A stretch of 64,000 nucleotides of DNA from the human T2T-CHM13v2.0 reference genome, Homo sapiens, in the NCBI RefSeq assembly GCF_009914755.1, contig NC_060931.1. The stretch is one strand, 5' to 3'. The notes beneath the pieces are model-generated. The model had not been told where the DNA came from. It searched no databases and saw only the letters and a program-made list of their open reading frames with translations. This document shows positions 41,321 through 57,050 of the stretch, piece by piece. Position 1 is the stretch's first letter. Each line of letters starts with the position of its first letter. The position numbers were made by a program, and so were the translations under genes.

Positions 41321-42951
41321 AAATCTGATGTGGTTGAAATTTCTGAAGAGCATTAAGGTAAATAGAAAAGGCTGGAAATATGCCTTAATTGATACAGATG
41401 TTTGTGAAAGGGTAAAAAGTTAATGCACAACTTATTTGAACACTAACTTGCATTGCTTTGTTTTTGGCTAAAGTCATAAACAAACTGAAACAGCAGGCTT
41501 CCTCCCCCAAAAAGAGATACCTTTTGAGTGGTATTTAGTTACCCCTTTCCATCTTCTCCATTCCCCTTTCTTCTACCCCAGTACTGGTAAAGTTGTTTAT
41601 AAATCACCGAGATTTTCCGATACTTTGTATCCTTCACACAGCCCAGCACTTTGTTACCTACTTAGTAGCACTAAGTAAAGATTTAATTGAAGGAGCTTAG
41701 CTTATCACCTTTTTATAGACCCAGTTCATAATTCTTATGTTTTTGGAAGAAATCTTTTATAAAAAGTGATTTTCAATTTCATTTGATAAATCTACTTAGA
41801 ATATTTATTAGAATAGGCAATAGAGCAATTTTTTATAAATCTTGGTTTATTGTATAGCATATTAATGGAACTTTTTCATAGTTGCTTTGTTCTGTAGGAT
41901 ATTATTAGATATTAGTTGGGTAGGATTAATATTTTTAAAAGATAGAATAGGGCAGCTGGAGATATGTGGGACTTTTAAAGAAAAATGTATGAGAAAGTGT
42001 GGGGAAAATGATTCTCTGAGCAGACTGGGGGCCATATGCTTAGGAAAGGAAAAGTGAAAGGTGAGGGATTCGTTTAGAGAAATTCTGTGGTGGAACTCAG
42101 AGGGGTACATGTTGGGAGAAGTTTTAACTTAGGAAAATACTAAGCTGATTTACTTAAATGCATATTTCAAGGATAAATACTTTATATTTTGTTCTGTAGG
42201 TCATTTTTACCATGAAGTGACTCTGGCAGGGATTCTTTACCTAAGTGGGCATCAGAATCCTTTGGAGCTATCCTACGCTAAAGGATTCTAATTTAGTAGG
42301 TCTGGTATGGGGCAGGAGCATGTTTATATTGTTAAAATCCCCAGGAGCCACCATTTGAGTGTAAAATAATACATCCTGTGGAATATTCCATTTTAATAAT
42401 GAAATCATTCAACAAAGCTTTTGAGGTTGTATATAATTTAGGTAACTCTAATGCTGGAACTTGGTCTCTCACCAGGTCAATACTTCTGCACATACCTCAT
42501 TGATCCCCATTGCTTTACTCTCTTGCATACTCTTCCCTCCTCTGCCTTCTTGTTTCTTTTCTACTAATGAATATTCAGGCATGGTTCTCCAAGGAAGCCA
42601 TCATTAGGTGGCCTCATCCATAATTTATCTTTTCAGTACAGAACAAATTATAACACAGTGCTTATACAACTGGCAAGTACACTCATCACATGAGTAGATG
42701 ATTTATGTGTTTTCGTTCACATGAGCCTTGAACAAATATACCCAGTTTTACTAGTTGAGCTTCCTTGTTTTTTCTTCTTGCTATCAAGAGGTTGGCGTTT
42801 AGTCATAGTTAATGCTGATGTAAACATTTGATAATATTATAGATACCACCATGTTTCAAGGTCTATGTTAAATGCTCTCCACACATTATCTCATCTGCTT
42901 GTTGCAGATTTTAAAATTATGTTTTTTAAGTCACTAAAATCTTTTTATGAT

Positions 42952-43236
42952 TGTATTAGTTTTCTGTGACTGCTGTGACAAATTGCCACAGACTTAGTGG
43001 CTTATAAATAAATGTATTCTCTTACGATTCTGAAGGCCAGACATTTGAAATCAGTATAATTGGGCCAAAATCAAGGTGTCAACAGGGACATTTTTCCTCC
43101 AAAGAATCTAAGGGAGAACTTACTTGTTGCCTTTTCCAGTTTCTGGTGGCTTCTGGCATTCCTTGGCTTGCGGCTACACACTGCAGTCTTCAAGGCTGGC
43201 ATTTGAAATCTTTCAGCTCTGTGTCTTTCATTTCCC

Positions 43237-43286
<50 letters not shown>

Positions 43287-43476
43287 AGAGAGAAAGGGAA
43301 ATCTCCCTCTGTGAAGGACACTTGTGAAGGCATTTAGTGCTCTCTGGAATAACCTCCCCATCACAAGATCTTTAATCACACCTGTGAAACTTTCCAAATG
43401 CGGTGACATTCATAGGTGTCAGGAATTAAGACATAGATATCTTGTGGAGGGGGAGACTATTATTCAGCCTACCATA
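42952..43476 (-). mobile_element. MLT1C-like solo LTR
   Basis: TGTATTAGTTTTCTGTGACTGCTGTGACAAATTGCCAC...TATTCAGCCTACCATA; 5-bp TSD ATGAT/ATGGT. Confidence 0.85.
43241..43284. repeat. (TG)22 microsatellite
   Basis: Uninterrupted TG repeat counted directly, inside the MLT1 LTR. Confidence 0.98.
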
Positions 43477-43552
43477 ATGGTAATTTAAATAGTTCAGAAA
43501 AGGGAGGAGGAGTTGATAAGTCTTTTTGTCCCATCTTCATCACTTTCTAAGT

Positions 43553-43745
43553 CAGTATTTCTCAATCAGGGATGATTTTGCTGAACAATCTCCAGGAATA
43601 TTTGGCTGTCACAACTGGGAAGGTGTTGCTACTACTATGTATAAGGTATAGGTCAGGGATGCTGCAAACAGTGCACAGGGCAGCCCCCCTCAACAAGGAG
43701 TCATCCAGCCCAAAATGTCAGTAGTGATGAAGCCGAGAAACGTTA
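43553..43745 (+). mobile_element. MER20
   Basis: CAGTATTTCTCAATCAGGG...TGTCACAACTGGG...CCAGCCCAAAATGTCAGTAGTG; 8-bp TSD TTCTAAGT/TTCTAAAG. Confidence 0.8.
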
Positions 43746-44878
43746 TTCTAAAGGCAACTATTGCCAATAGCTTTTTTGGGGTATCCAGAAAAAATTTTGA
43801 TGCCTCTATTACGAGTAAAAGCCTTTAATCTGATTTGATCAGAACGGGTGGTAGTTTTGGCTGACTGAAAGTGATTTAAGTGAAGAGTCATAAACGATTG
43901 ACACATATCTTAAATAATATATTACTTAAAAATCTACATTCATGTGTCAGTCTTTTCTTTAAGTATGTGTCTTTTGCCAGGAACTCTGGGTCATCATTCT
44001 TATATAAGCCAATGCATTATCACTGATTACCAGCTTTGGAGTGAGAACTTAAAAGTTTGTGAAGCAGTCTGCATATAAGATCTAGATTTCTAATGTTTTA
44101 TGACTCCTCAATTGTTTATACTTGTTTTACCCTTAATTTTACAGCAGTTTATCATTTTGTTTTGTTGTTTTGTCACTTGCTTTTTTGGGGTCTTCCCAAA
44201 GCATCAACTGATTTTCATATAAAGAATATAACTCCCATCATCTTGTATCAAATACAGCATATGATGCATATAAAGAAAATGAAATCCTATTTTGTAATAA
44301 TGGCTTGCTAAGGAATTGGGAATACTAATTCTAGTCGCAGCTCATTTGAACAGCATCCAATCTGGTGATATGGTGAGGGCTAATGTCAGTTGTTTACAAA
44401 TTCTTGAATGTTTCAGAACATTTTGTTTTAGTTCTGTAATGGCAGAGTTTATAAATAATCTATAGAATATTACTATAAATACTTTATTGGTATTACCAGC
44501 TTAGTGCTTGCGTTACTTTTCTAAAAGAAACATTGATTTTTTTTTCATTAACTGTAATAAATATTATTTGAAGTTTGAATGTGGCTATCTTTGAGTGGAT
44601 TTGTCTTCTTTTTATTTACTAGAATATGTATGTCTATATGCACATAATAAAATGTTATATGGAAAACCTAACTTTAGTTACATAAATAAAAAATTATTTG
44701 CTTTTTTTATTCCTCTTTTAATATCCTTCTATCTTCTATCCTTGTATAAGGAGCTAGAAGGTATAAGAAACTCCAATAATTGGGTTTCTTATAAAGAGCT
44801 TTGATATAAGAAACTCAGATAATTGAGTAAAGAAGTTTAATTTATTAAAGTTGCTTATTTTTGAAATGATAGTCATGC

Positions 44879-45184
44879 TTTTTTTTTTTTTTTTTTTTTT
44901 TTTTGAGACAGAGTCTTGCTCTGTCACCCAGGCTGCTAGAGTGCAGTGGCGTGATCTCGGCTCACTGCAACCTCTGCCTCCCGGATTCAAGTGATTCTCC
45001 TGCCTCAGCTTCCTGAGTGGCTGGGATTACAGATGTGTGCCACCACGCCCAGCTAATTTTTGTATTTTTAGTAGAGAGGGTTTCACCATGTTGGCCAGGA
45101 TGGTCCTGAACTCCTGACCTCGTGATCTGCCTGCCTTGGCCTCCCAAAGTGCTGGGATTACAAGCGTGAGCCACCGTGCCTGGA
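44879..45184 (-). mobile_element. AluS (Sg/Sc-like)
   Basis: Long poly-T plus antisense dimer with TGACCTCGTGATC. Confidence 0.95.
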
Positions 45185-45624
45185 AATCATTCATATTTTT
45201 ATACAAATCAATTTAAATGTTTTTTATTTTTTAGCTAGTAATCTTTTGGAATGGAGGTCAGTAAAAAAAAATGTAAGCCCTATTTTTAAAAGGTTGGACT
45301 ATCTTGTGAGACAAAGTAGTCTCAGTTTGCCATCACCAACCAATCCTTAGCATTAAGCTCTTGAAAACAACTAGGTAGAGAAATTTTCCGTGAAGGAATT
45401 TAATGATCTTTATAAAGTTTTACTATTCACCCAATTAAAATGTTAGATTATCATTTTATGCTATTCAATTTGGAAATACCAGATACTATACAATTAGTTT
45501 CCATTCACCATTACTTTCTTGAAAGAAACTTTTCACGACTTTCAATAAGGTCCCCTGCCCCCAAATAAAGTGGTTATAAATCCTAGGAGGCATTTTTGAG
45601 GATATCTTATTCAGATCCTTTCTT

Positions 45625-47400
<1,776 letters not shown>

Positions 47401-47687
47401 TATTCAGATCCTTTCTTATGTTCACTTAAAAGTTATTGATTCCAACTTCTGTCCTAGAGATAGCATAACTTGGATGTTTGAGATTAAAAAAAAATGCTTT
47501 TAGTAACCTTTATTTAACTCGCTCAGCTTGCTATATAGCCAAGTCGGTATTTATAGTTTGTTTCCACCCTTGATAATTTCATGCCAGTACTCATCAGAAT
47601 GGAACACTGACTTGGCTCTGTCTGTCCTTATTCTCATCTCCATCCCCTCCTTTCCAACACACTGCAATTCTAGATTGAAGACTGCAC

Positions 47688-47848
47688 ATTTATTTATTTA
47701 TTTATTTTTTTGAGACGGAGTCTCACACTGTTTCCCAGGCTGGACTGCAGTGCCGAGATCTCGGCTCACTACAAGCTCCGCCTCCTGGGTTCATGCCATT
47801 CTCCTGCCTCAGCCTCCCAAGTAGCTGGGACTCCAGGCGCCCGCCACC
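47688..47848 (-). mobile_element. AluY right monomer only, (ATTT)n tail
   Basis: CAAGCTCCGCCTCC...GTTCATGCCATTCTCC are Y diagnostics; stops at GCCCGCCACC; no TSD visible. Confidence 0.9.
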
Positions 47849-48188
47849 TGCCTCTGTTATCTCTTCTAAGAGTGTGCACCACTAATATCTTCTACTCCTA
47901 CTCTGCCATCTATCTAGTTCCCTTCTCTTTTATCATCCAAACTTGGAGTTCCCTCTTTTGCAAATTATCTCCAAAAAGAGCAACTTAGAATTTGTTACTC
48001 TCCAGGGAAATTTTCACTGAAAGCAAGTCTGTTTATATATGTATATACTGGTATTACACAAATAAAAAGATTATATAGTTTATTTGAGGGAAGAAGCAGT
48101 TTCTTTGTATTCCCCCAGTCAGGCATCATCCATGAACATAGGCTTTGCTATTTTTTTTTTTAATTGAAGATGTTAGGGGAAAACAAAG

Positions 48189-48235
48189 TTTAGCCATATT
48201 TAATTTTATTTAGCCATATATTTTATTTAGCCATA
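48189..48235. repeat. Short tandem repeat, three copies of TTTAGCCATA
   Basis: TTTAGCCATATTTAATTTTA / TTTAGCCATATATTTTA / TTTAGCCATA. Confidence 0.8.
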
Positions 48236-48449
48236 AAATAAAATACTGCTTTATTTTATCATGTGTGGCAGACTGTAAGTTCTGAGAGAATTCAGAAGAA
48301 GAAATGTTCACCTGTGGGGAGAGACTTGCTACTTATTTGCTACTTGATTGAGTTAATTTTGAGATGAGTTCAGGGACTCATTTTAGCTCTAAAATTTTGA
48401 TTCTGCGTAAGCAAGAAATAGGTCATAAGCTGGGTAAGTATGGAATAAC

Positions 48450-48950
48450 CAAGGAAAAAAAGTAGTCCTTAGATGGGATGAGTAACAAGAGTGAAGGCAT
48501 TTAGGTGAGAATTAGATATGTGGTTGTGCATATAGGAAGTAAAATGATCAATGTGGTTAGAACAGAGAGTTTATATTAAGGAATAAGAGTGCATTAGGTT
48601 GAATAGATGGAAAGCTAGATATTAAGAAGAGAAATTTAAACATACCCAGATGATAGAAAATCATGTTTTTCTAATGCAATCTGGTCATTAAAATGATTTT
48701 TTAACATGATTGGTGTGATAGTCTTACGCCTAGTAGATTACAGTGAAGAAGAGAATGGTAGAAGAGGCTTGTGGTAATAATTTAAAAGTGAATTAAGGAG
48801 AGCCTGAAAGACAGTGGTGGCAGAGGGAAGGGAGAGTAAAAGATAAATATAAGGACATTGCAAATTCACCATGACAAACCAAATGACATAGGGCGTCTTG
48901 AGGTTTTCAAGGAATTCCGAGGCAAAGGCAGTCTCTGGATTTTCAGAGTT
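48450..48950 (-). mobile_element. L2 fragment
   Basis: Purine-rich degenerate antisense L2 (GGAGAGCCTGAAAGACAGTGGTGGCAGAGGGAAGGGAGAG). Confidence 0.5.
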
Positions 48951-49386
48951 TGGAAATTCCCCGCCCGCCCTGCCCCCCAAATTCTAGTATTTTCCCCAAA
49001 ATAAACCCTGGTCTTGTTTAAAGGATTTTTTTTTTGTTTTTTGTTTTTTGGTTATTTTTATTTTTAAATAAGTTGTTATGGCCCCTAGATTTGAGCAAGT
49101 TGTTCTCATATTTGACTAAGTTAATACTAAAGGATGGAAAAGTTCTTTAGAGACTACCTACTTCGCTATTAATTTGTCATTTATCCCTGCATTATATACT
49201 GTTAAAAACATTGGAAGGACGAAGGACGTTAACTGAAATGACGATGGATGAGTGTGGGTACTGTCATATAGGGGAGGGGAAAGAGCAGAGGAACTTTTAA
49301 ATTATTAAATTATTATTATTAAATTAGAGGAACTGAGAAAATAAAGATACTAATAGTAAGGAATATGTTATTTTTAATTTAAAAAA

Positions 49387-49668
49387 TTTTTTTAGACAGC
49401 ATATCCCTCTGTCACCCAGTCGAGTACAGTGGCCTGATTGTAGCTCACTGCAACCTTAAATTTCTGGGCTCTAGTGATCCTCCCAAGTAGGTGAGACTAC
49501 AGGTCCACACCACTATGCCCAGCTAATTTTTTTTTTTTTTTTTTAATGTTTTTAGAGTCCAGGTCTCACTGTGTTGCCCAGCCTGGTCTCAGAACTCCTG
49601 GTCTCAAGCCATCCTCCCTTCTTGGCCTCCCATAGTGCTGGGATTACAGGCATGAGCCACCATGCTAA
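49387..49668 (-). mobile_element. AluJ
   Basis: Diverged antisense Alu (GTAGCTCACTGCAACC...CTGGGCTCTAGTGATCCTCCC...GGGATTACAGGCATGAGCCACC). Confidence 0.9.
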
Positions 49669-49938
49669 GTTTTGTGGGGAAGTGTGGAAAGTACGTGGCT
49701 TGATTCTTATCAGAAAGTTTCACTTTACTTTTGTCTGAGTCTTCCTCTCTGACATCTTCTTTTCAATTTCATAAAAGAACACTATAGCAAATACATCTTA
49801 CAACCATGACCATACTGTCTCTAGAAAGCCAGAATATTATGAAACATTTAGTAGGTGAGCAAGAAAAGTGGAGTGATTCTGATGCCAGAAATAGCACCGA
49901 GCTAATACAGTTTGATCTATTTGTTATTTAGAATACAC

Positions 49939-50146
49939 CAGTGATTCTCTAAGGGTGCAGTTTTGCCCCCTAAGGGACATTTGGTAATATTTGAAGCCAT
50001 CTTTGGTTGTCACACCTGGGGTGGGGTGCTACTGACATCTAGTGGGTAGAGGCCAGGGTTGTTACTAAGCAATTCATTGGGACAGACCCCACAACAAAGA
50101 ATTATCTGGCGCCAACTGACAGCAGTGCGAAGATTGAAAAACCCTG
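49939..50146 (+). mobile_element. MER20, full length
   Basis: CAGTGATTCTC...GGGACATTTGG...CATCTAGTGGGTAGAGGCCAGGG...TTGAAAAACCCTG. Confidence 0.9.
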
Positions 50147-53100
50147 GAATGTAGAGTAGGCAGGTTCTTCCCTGGACATGTTTGGAGACATAGGTCAATT
50201 TTTTTTACTTCCTTTTCTTCTAGGCTTGACCAGATATCATCCTACCAACAGCTTACAATACCATATAGATTCTTACTCTTTGTTTCATTGTGTTCTTATC
50301 TTAAGGGTATATCTTAGACATTTCAATTAGACAAATATTTCTAAATATTTCTACCCATCTTCATTTAGGGTTGCTTTTTTCTGCTAAGTTTATTTTTCTG
50401 TTTTACCAGTTTATCTCTTGAGGCATCACTCTATTTTTAAATAATTGAGGGCCTCTGATGATGTATTTAGGTATTCTCTTTTACAGCATTTTCATGTGCT
50501 TCAAGTCCCAGGTCTGGGTTGAGCTAGTTCTTGAGTCCAGATTTTTTTCATATACTGTTTGAACCTCTTCTGATTTTTTAGTATATAAAAAGTTTGAACA
50601 ACAAGACCCTTAAGGGAAAAACTATCTTGGAGTTCTTTTAGAATGATTTTATTCTTGCTTACAGATAAAGATTGCCATACGTATAACAGCTACATACAAA
50701 AAGACTTTATAATGGTTTATAGCACTAAATGGAAAACACTGAAATTCTAGAATGAAACAAGGTTTGCAAGAACTTCTATTTGGCTTTATTGTTTTGGTTA
50801 AGCAGAGCAAAATAATTCATCATAATATGAAGATAAAAGTTGAATGAATGTATCATAATTGAGAAAGGGGTGTGTTTTTAGAAAAACAGTTTATTTTGTC
50901 CTTATCCCACCTCCATTTGATGTTGATGTAAACATATTGGCCATTTAATATAAAATATAATTCCAGTCTGCCTATGTATAACAACTACACTGTACAATAA
51001 AAAGAGATGGAAAGCAAAAGTATTTCTTTACTGTAGTGGTCAGGATATGATTTGTAGATCCAAATTTTGTGTGTGTGTGTGTGTTTGGAAAATTTGGGAG
51101 GCAAAGTTCTCAAGTAAGTGCAGATCTTCTTTTAGTAGATACTTCCTGTCTGCTTTGTATACACATCAATTATATCTTCATCTTCCATTTTCACCTGTAC
51201 AGGTGTTTCATTAATTGGCCTCCCATCACATCCAAAACCAAGTTGCCTCATTGATAGATCAGTTGTTAACAATAGGCTCTCATTAGTTTGCTAAGTGATA
51301 TACTCTGGAGCTGTACCACTGAACCATTCCACCCCACCACTGCAACTCTATATGGTTATTTTTTTGGGTCTTGACTCCTTTCTTGGGCTTTTTGTCAGCC
51401 ATGGAAAGCATTACTGTTGCAGCTGCTGCTTCTCGAAAGAAGTTTCAGGTACCTCATGTATGTGCACACAACCAGCATTAGTAAGTAAGCCTGTTTTAAT
51501 TCTGGAGATATTTTACCTAAGAAATATTTAAGTGTGTGAAGAGACTACTTTTCTGAGTGTAGAAATTTCAGGGCAGTCAAATGCATTTCTGTATTGTTAA
51601 TGCTCTGAACAAGCTAGTGTACCTGGAGGGAGGAATTTATGTTGGTTAATGAGTAACATAGTTCTCTCATCCCATTACTTATTTATGATCAATTTATTTT
51701 TAATTAAGCTTTTAAAATTATTAATGCTACATGACATGCAAAGTTAAAATCAGCATGGAAGAATGAATGTACCATGAAAGTTAAAGGTTTCTATCCCTAC
51801 TCTTACTTCATAGAGTTAATCATGGTTAGTAGTTTCAGATTTAGTTATATTAGTAAAGTGGTTCTCAATTCATGACTGGCATTTTTGGCAGTACTATACT
51901 TTGCAATGCAGGATTGTCCTGACCTGAACACTACTCAGTGTTTAGTGTCCCTTAATATTTGGTTTTCTACCACAGTTACTGAGACAATCAAAAATGGCCT
52001 AGTACATTTCCAAATGCTCACTGGGGAGAGGTGGTATGCTAATTTTAAAAAACATACATCTTAGAAAGCATATGTTTATGTTTTCAATTTCACACAGTAA
52101 GTATTGACTCTAGTATAAAAGAATATTTAAGTGCGCACAGACTTCTTGAGGGAGGCCCAGAGAAAGTCCACTTGGGAGGAACTGTGCTTACTTCTAAAGT
52201 CTTAGATGATAAGATTTTTCAATCTTACCTGCTTTCTTTCCTGATAGTCTTACTTTCTTGTGTTTTCAGCTACCTGTCTTTTTGTTACTGTTTGATGATT
52301 TTTGAATTGTGTGCTCTTGCTTCGCTGGGTTTTATTGGAGGAAATTCTGTGCAGCCCAGTTAGAGGACACATTCTTTCCAAGGTTTGCCAAGGCTTTTCT
52401 TTGGCACCTGTGGAAGCCACTGACCCAAGACCACTTCGTAGTTTCTCTGCTTGGGGTGTTCTGAACTAGGCAGGTAGGTATATTTGGAACCCTGAATCCT
52501 TGAGAGTAGGCTGTGATTACTAATTCTCAGGTGATATTTTTTTCTGCTAATATGGAGTCCAATCTGAGACAGGCCAACTTCCTTATTGTCTTCCTTGGCC
52601 AACAGGCATGTTTTTATTAGACTACTCTTACAAAGTAGGGGTTAGTCCTATAAGGTCTCAGCTTCATGTGGGAAGGTCTAAGTTGCATTTTTCATCTTGA
52701 ACAGGCCAGGGCCTAAATGGCAGCTTCTGAACTCCTGGTTACTGAAATCCTAAACACCCCAGGGCAGTCATAACTTGAGTACCTACTTACTAGTTTGTTT
52801 TTTCCCCTTCATATTGGCTCACAGGGATATTCTTGGGGACTTTTTTTTTTTTTTTGAGGGGATGTTTTCAGTATTTTATTTTGCATTTTTAGATGTTTTG
52901 TGAGAGAATTATTTTCAGATTTTCAAGGGTACCTTCTTTGCCAAACCAGCAAGCCTTTCTTATCTGTTTTCTAACTTCTAAGCAGTTCCTAAACTTCTGG
53001 TTTGCTAATCTCTTTCTCTTTTATTTTTGTCTCACCTCCCCTCCAGTATTAGTGCTGTTTTATTCTTTTTTAAAATTACATACCTGTTTTGTCATTTCAG

Positions 53101-53595
53101 TGGGACCTCAGGAGGGAGGGAACATAGGCATGTGTGTTCAGTCTTCCACTTTAACTGGAAGTGTGTCTAATAGTTTTGAGGTATACTATGTCTATTAGGA
53201 CCAACTGACCTTAGGAAAAATCAATGTAAATACCTTTCCATTTAACTGTCATTTTAAGTTTGAATTTAAAAAGCATAGTCTTTGGCTGTAAAAGAGGGAC
53301 AGGGTCAGGAATGGAGGATGACATTCAGACCATTATGCAGTTGAGCAAGGCCTCACTGAGATAGGGGGCAGTGTGTAGCTTGACATACGTGGGCTCTTAC
53401 CATAAAGTCTAGCTATATAAAGCAAATCACATTACAATGATGAGAAGCCAGAATTTTAAAATTTCATCCAATGAGTATTTATTAAATGTGATGTGTCTGG
53501 AGTAATACTAAGAATTAGAGTACAAAAATAAATAAAATGCCATATCCTCAGTGAACCCACTAATTTTGTGTTAGAGATAGACATGTAAATTAAAA

Positions 53596-54227
53596 TAGTT
53601 CTCATTATTCAAGATAGTTATGGTGTATAAAGTCTCTGCAAATGCAGAATTATCAAATGCTGAGCCGTGTTGCTTCTAGGGGAAATGCAGGGTTAGGTTC
53701 CTGCAAGCCTTTAGTCACAGTATGTTCATCAACTGGTCAATATATAGCCTTTTTTATCTGTATTTCTCTTTAAAGATACTTTATTATATATTATTGATTC
53801 ATTAACATTGTACTCATAGCCAAGCTTACCATATCTTATGCCTGAACAAAGCTTGTCTAATATGTACATTTTTCTGTAAAGCACACCAGAGCCTTTTCAT
53901 GATAAAGAAACACTAGATAGCACTTCAGTGCTATGACTGGGGACCATTTTGTGAAATCACAAACAACAGAAAAATGCAAAAAAAAAAGTGGCACAAAATA
54001 AACTATGAAAAGGATACTTGTTTTTAGTATGAGAGCCGAAACAAGAAAGCAGAGTGTTGCTTTCTTCCACCTCAGCTGGGACTGTGCAATGTTGGGTGAC
54101 TCAAATTTTTCACCACTCTGCATATCCACTAATGACCACAAAAGCTCTGTAAGTATCGATTATTGGATTAAAAGTAAATTTTAGCAAGTAGGCAAATTCG
54201 CAAACACAGAATAATGAGAATCAACTG
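53596..54227 (-). mobile_element. MER82 (TcMar-Tigger) within antisense L2
   Basis: CTAGGGGAAATGCAGGGTTAGGTTCCTGC...CCTCAGCTGGGA...TTTTAGCAAGTAGGCAAATTCGCAAA...AATAATGAGAATCAACTG|TA. Confidence 0.8.
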
Positions 54228-54591
54228 TACTGTATAATGTGGTAAGTGCTGTATATTGTAAATCTGCTAGGTTGGGTCAGGGAAGGCTTCATTTGAGACA
54301 ATTAAGATGAATTTACAGCAGTATGAAGCAATGAATCTATGGAATGGCAAATGGTCCAGAGTGGTTGGAATAAAAGGGCCCCTGTAAGGAGAGGCAAGTG
54401 GGGACGTTTGGACTGGCCAGCTAACAGAGGAGGATGTGAAGGCCCTTATGCTGTATTAAGGAATTTTGATTCTGTAGGTGATGGGAAACTATTGGATGAT
54501 TTTAGCCAGGGGAGAAACATGGTCATATTTGTATTTTGGAAAGCTCACACTGCTTTGGTATTGGGTATAGATGAAGTAAGGAAAATAAATA

Positions 54592-57050
54592 CAGGCATAC
54601 CTCAGAGATATCACGGGTTCAGTTCTGGACCGCTACAATAAAACACATATCACAATGAAGCAAATCACACAAATTTTTTTATTTCCCAGTGCATGTAAAA
54701 GTATGATTACACTACACTGTAGATTATTAAGTATACAATAGCATTATGACTAAAAAATGTACATACCTTGATTTAAAAATACTTTAAAGCTTAAAAATGC
54801 TAGTAATCATCAGAGCCTTCAGAGAGTTGAAGTCTTTTGCTGGTGGAGGGTCTTACCTTGATGCTGATGGCTGCTGACTGATCAGGGTGGTGGTTGTTGA
54901 AGGTTGGAGTGGCTGTGGTAATTTCTTAAAATAAGACAGATATAAAGTTTGCCACATTGGTAGACTCTTTTTTCATGAAAGATTTATTGGTAATATGTGC
55001 TGCTGTTTGAGAACATTTTATCTATAGTAGAACTTCATTCAAAATTGGAGTTAATCCTTTCAAACCCTGCTACTTTACCAGCTAAACTTATGTAATATTC
55101 TAAATTCTTTGTTGTCATTTCAGCAATATTTACAGCATCTTCACCAGGAGTAGATTCCATCTCAAGAAACCACTTTTTTTGCCCACTTGTAAAAACCAAC
55201 TCCTCTTCTGTTAAAGTTTTATCATGAGATTGTAGCCTACATCTTCAGGCTTCACTTCTAATTCTCATTCCCTTACTTTTTCCACCACATCTGCAGTGAC
55301 TTACCCACTGAAGTCTTGAATCCCTCAAAGTCATTGATGAGAGTTGGACTCAGCTTCTTCCAGACTCCTGTGAATCAACATTTTGAAGGATATTTTGACC
55401 TTCTCCCATGAATCACAAGTGTTCTTAATGACATAAATGGTGAATCCTTTCCAAAAGGTTTTCAATTTGCCCACATCCATCAGAGGAATCACTATCTATG
55501 GCAGCTATCGTCTTATGAGATGTATTTCTTAAATAAGATTTGAAAGTCAGAATTACTCCTTAATCCATGGGCTGCAAAACAGATGTTGTATTAGCAGGCA
55601 TGAAAATAACATTCATCTGCTGTGCATGTCTATCAGAGCTCTTGGGTGACAAGGTGAGTTGTCAATGAGCAGTAATATTTTGAAAGGAATCTTTTTTTCT
55701 GAGCAGTATGTCTCAACAGTGGACTTAATAAATTCAGTAAACCTTGTTGTAAACCGAAGTGCTGTCATCAAGGTTTTGTTCCATTTATAGTGCACAGTTA
55801 GAGTAGATTTAGCATAATTTTTATGGGACAGGATTTTTCAGAATGGTAAATGAGGATTGGCTTCAGCTTAAAAGTCACCACCTGTGTTTGCCTCTAACTA
55901 AAGAGTCAGACTGTCCTTTCAAGGTTTGAGGCCAAGCATTGACTTTTCACTAGCTATGAAATCCTATGTGGCTAATAAAAGGCTATTTTGTCTGCACTGA
56001 AAATCTATCTGTTGTGTAGCATAGTCACCACCTTCATCAATGATCTTAGCTAGATCTTTTGGGTAACTTCTTGCAGCTTCTACATTGGCACTTGCTGCTT
56101 CACCTTACACTTTTATGTTATGAGATGACGTCTTTCCATAGACCTCATGAACAACCTGTGCAAGTTTCAGACTTTTTTCCAGTAGCTCTTCACCTCTCTC
56201 AGCCTTCATAGAATTGAAGGGAGTTAGGGCCTTACTCTGGATTAGGCTTTGGTTTAAGAGAATGCTGTGACTGGTTTGATCTCCAGACCACTCAAACTTT
56301 CCCCATATCATCAATAATGCTGTTTTGCTTTCTTATTCCTGTATTCACTGGAATGGCACTTTTAATTTCCCTCAAGAACTTTTCCTTTGCATTCACAACT
56401 TGGCTGTTTAGCTCAAGAGGCCTTTCAGCCTCTTTGCTTTCAACTTCCCTTCCTTATTAAATGTAATCATTTCTAGCTTTTGATTTAAAGTGAGAGACTT
56501 GCTCCTCTTCCTTTCACTTGAACTCTTAGAGATTATTGTAGAATTATTAATTAGCCTCATTTCAATATCGTTATGTCTCAGGGATTAAGGAGGTCTGAGG
56601 AGAGGGAGACGAGGAATGGCCAGTTGGTAGACGAGTCAGAACACATACATTTATCAGCTGTCTTATATGGGGGTGATTCATGGTGCCCCAAAACAGTAAA
56701 CAGTAGTAACATCAAAGAGCACAGATGTGATGGATATGGTAATTACCTTGACCCTATCACCATACATTATATGTATCGAAATACTACCCCATGAATGTGT
56801 GTATTTATTGTGAAGTTTAAAAAGATTACTGATCATAGATCATCATAACTGGCATAATAGTAATGAAAAAGTTTGAAATATTGTGAAAATTACAAAAATG
56901 TGACACAAAGACATGAAGTGAGCATATGCTGTTGGAAAAATGGCTTCAATAGACTTGATCAATGTGGGGTTGCCACAAACATTCAATTTTTTTAAAAACA
57001 GTATCTGTGAAGCACAATAAAATGAAGTGCAGTAAAATGAGGTATGCCTG
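54592..57050 (-). mobile_element. Tigger1, full length, transposase disrupted
   Basis: TIRs TA|CAGGCATACCTC and GAGGTATGCCTG|TA 2.46 kb apart; residual transposase peptides YCSEKKIPFKILLLIDN and LNQSLIQSKALT on minus strand. Confidence 0.95.
56723..56820 (+). mobile_element. Tiny L1MA-type 3' end inserted in Tigger1
   Basis: GTGATGGATATGGTAATTACCTTGA...TACCCCATGAAT; degenerate TSD AAAGAGCAC/AAAGATTAC. Confidence 0.65.
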
